The position numbers and the translations under genes are program-made. A DNA stretch of 64,000 nucleotides. Source: an uncultured Acidobacteriota bacterium. Lineage in GTDB: Bacteria > Acidobacteriota > Thermoanaerobaculia > UBA5066 > Gp7-AA6. A model generated the notes under the pieces. That model was not told the origin of the DNA, ran no database searches, and saw nothing but the letters and a program-made list of their open reading frames with translations. Numbering within the stretch: the stretch's first letter is position 1; every line of letters starts with the position of its first letter. Shown piece after piece: positions 62,742 through 64,000 of this stretch. The stretch is taken from NCBI GenBank assembly GCA_963764715.1, contig CAVXTP010000022.1:288001-352000 (forward strand), given 5' to 3'.

Positions 62742-64000
62742 CTACGCCGCGAGGCGTCCCGCCAGTGAGTTGGGCAATCCCCGCGTGATCCGGACCCTGG
62801 ACGTAACGGCCCGGGGCGAGGGCGTCGGCCTCGGGTCCCGGCTCGAGGTGGACGATTCGGTTGCAGGGCGTGCGCCCCGTCGTCTGGCCGTGGCTGGTTG
62901 CGGCCCTCGACCAGGATCTCGAACTCCCGGCCGACGAGCCGCTCGTTTTCTTCCCGCTGGATCCCGGCCTGGAGGTCGAGGAGCGCCTGGAGGCGGCGGG
63001 CCGAGGTCTCCCCCGGCACCTCGATCTCGCTCCCCCACCGCGCCGAGGCCGTACCCGGCCGCGGCGAGTAGCGGAAGCCGAAGAGTCTCGAGAAGCGCAG
63101 GTCCCGAACGAGCGCGAGGGTGTCCTCGAAGTCGGCGTCGGTCTCGCCCGGGAAACCGACGATGAAGTCGGAGGTGACGGCGATGCCGGGCACCCGGCCG
63201 CCGGATGCGCCCGACGAGCTCGCGGTATTCGGACGAGGTGTACCGCCGCTTCATGCGCGAGAGCACGCGGTCCGACCCGGACTGGGCCGGCAGGTGCAGG
63301 TACGGAGCCAGCGTCTCCACCTCGTCGAGCGCCGCGAGGAGGTCCTCGTCGACCAGCCGCGGGTGCGAGGTGATGAAGCGAAGGCGCCGCAGGCCCTCGA
63401 CCCGCCCGGCGCGCCGCAGAAGCTCGCCCAGGCCGAAGCCCTCCCGCGGCTCGCGGTAGGCGTTGACGGTCTGGCCGAGCAGCGTGACCTCGGTGTAGCC
63501 GCGGACCGCGAGATGCCGGACCTCCTCGACGATCTCGGCGGCCGACCGGCTGCGCTCCCGCCCCCGGGTGAACGGGACGATGCAGAAGGTGCAGTACTGG
63601 TCGCAGCCCTCGATGACCGTGACGTACGCCTGGAAGGCCGAGCCGCGGCTGATCTGGCGGAACTGGTAGACGGGGTCCTCTTCGGGAAGGTCGAGCTCGA
63701 GGGCCTGGCGCCGCTCGGCCCGCGCGGCGGCCGACGAGCTCGCCGACTCTCTCGACCTGGCCGGTCCCGGCCACGAAGTCGACCCAGGGGGCGCGCTCCA
63801 GGATCTCGGGCCCGGAGACCTGGGCGACGCAACCCGTCACGCCGACGACGAGCTCCGGGTCCTCCTGCTTGCGGCGCGCGAGGACGCCGAGCGCGCTGAA
63901 GACCTTGTCCTGGGCCTTCTCCCGAACCGCGCAGGTGTTCAGGATGACGACCTTCGCCTCGGCCTCGGCGCCCGCCGCGCGGGCGATGCCGAGCGCCTCG
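62742..64000 (-). CDS. miaB: tRNA-2-methylthio-N6-dimethylallyladenosine synthase, 5'-truncated, with four apparent +1 frameshifts
   Basis: [52 protein letters not shown] and TRAM domain spread over changing frames. Confidence 0.88.

Overview
High-GC (roughly 70% by eye), gene-dense bacterial chromosome segment. Gene content and style (kinase/TPR/PEGA, DUF1684, M28 peptidases, an apparently fused lptF-lptG) suggest Acidobacteriota; this is inference. No rRNA, tRNA, CRISPR array or transposase was seen. Left to right: a ceramide-synthesis-like cluster (CerR-like reductase, serine palmitoyltransferase, bCerS-like GNAT) facing an AUR1/IPC-synthase-like PAP2 gene and followed by nfeD-SPFH; SPOR-lipA-lnt-prfB (programmed +1 frameshift)-Nudix; a Ser/Thr kinase-TPR operon; thiolase-hbd-crt; a leuA-family gene, xerD and an SLT; a B12-dependent lysine-degradation cluster (kdd, kamB-like, kamDE, kal, kce) without kamA, flanked by secreted peptidases and a permease; guaA; dnaE; a tRNA nucleotidyltransferase; rsmD; metK-ahcY; lptFG; parAB; and a frameshifted miaB at the right edge. 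The most notable non-coding signal is a 28-bp dif-like XerCD site at 60060-60087, about 0.5 kb downstream of a parAB pair. Two REP-like inverted doublets and many -10 boxes lying just before SD-less start codons are also present. All product calls come from motif recognition, not database searches.
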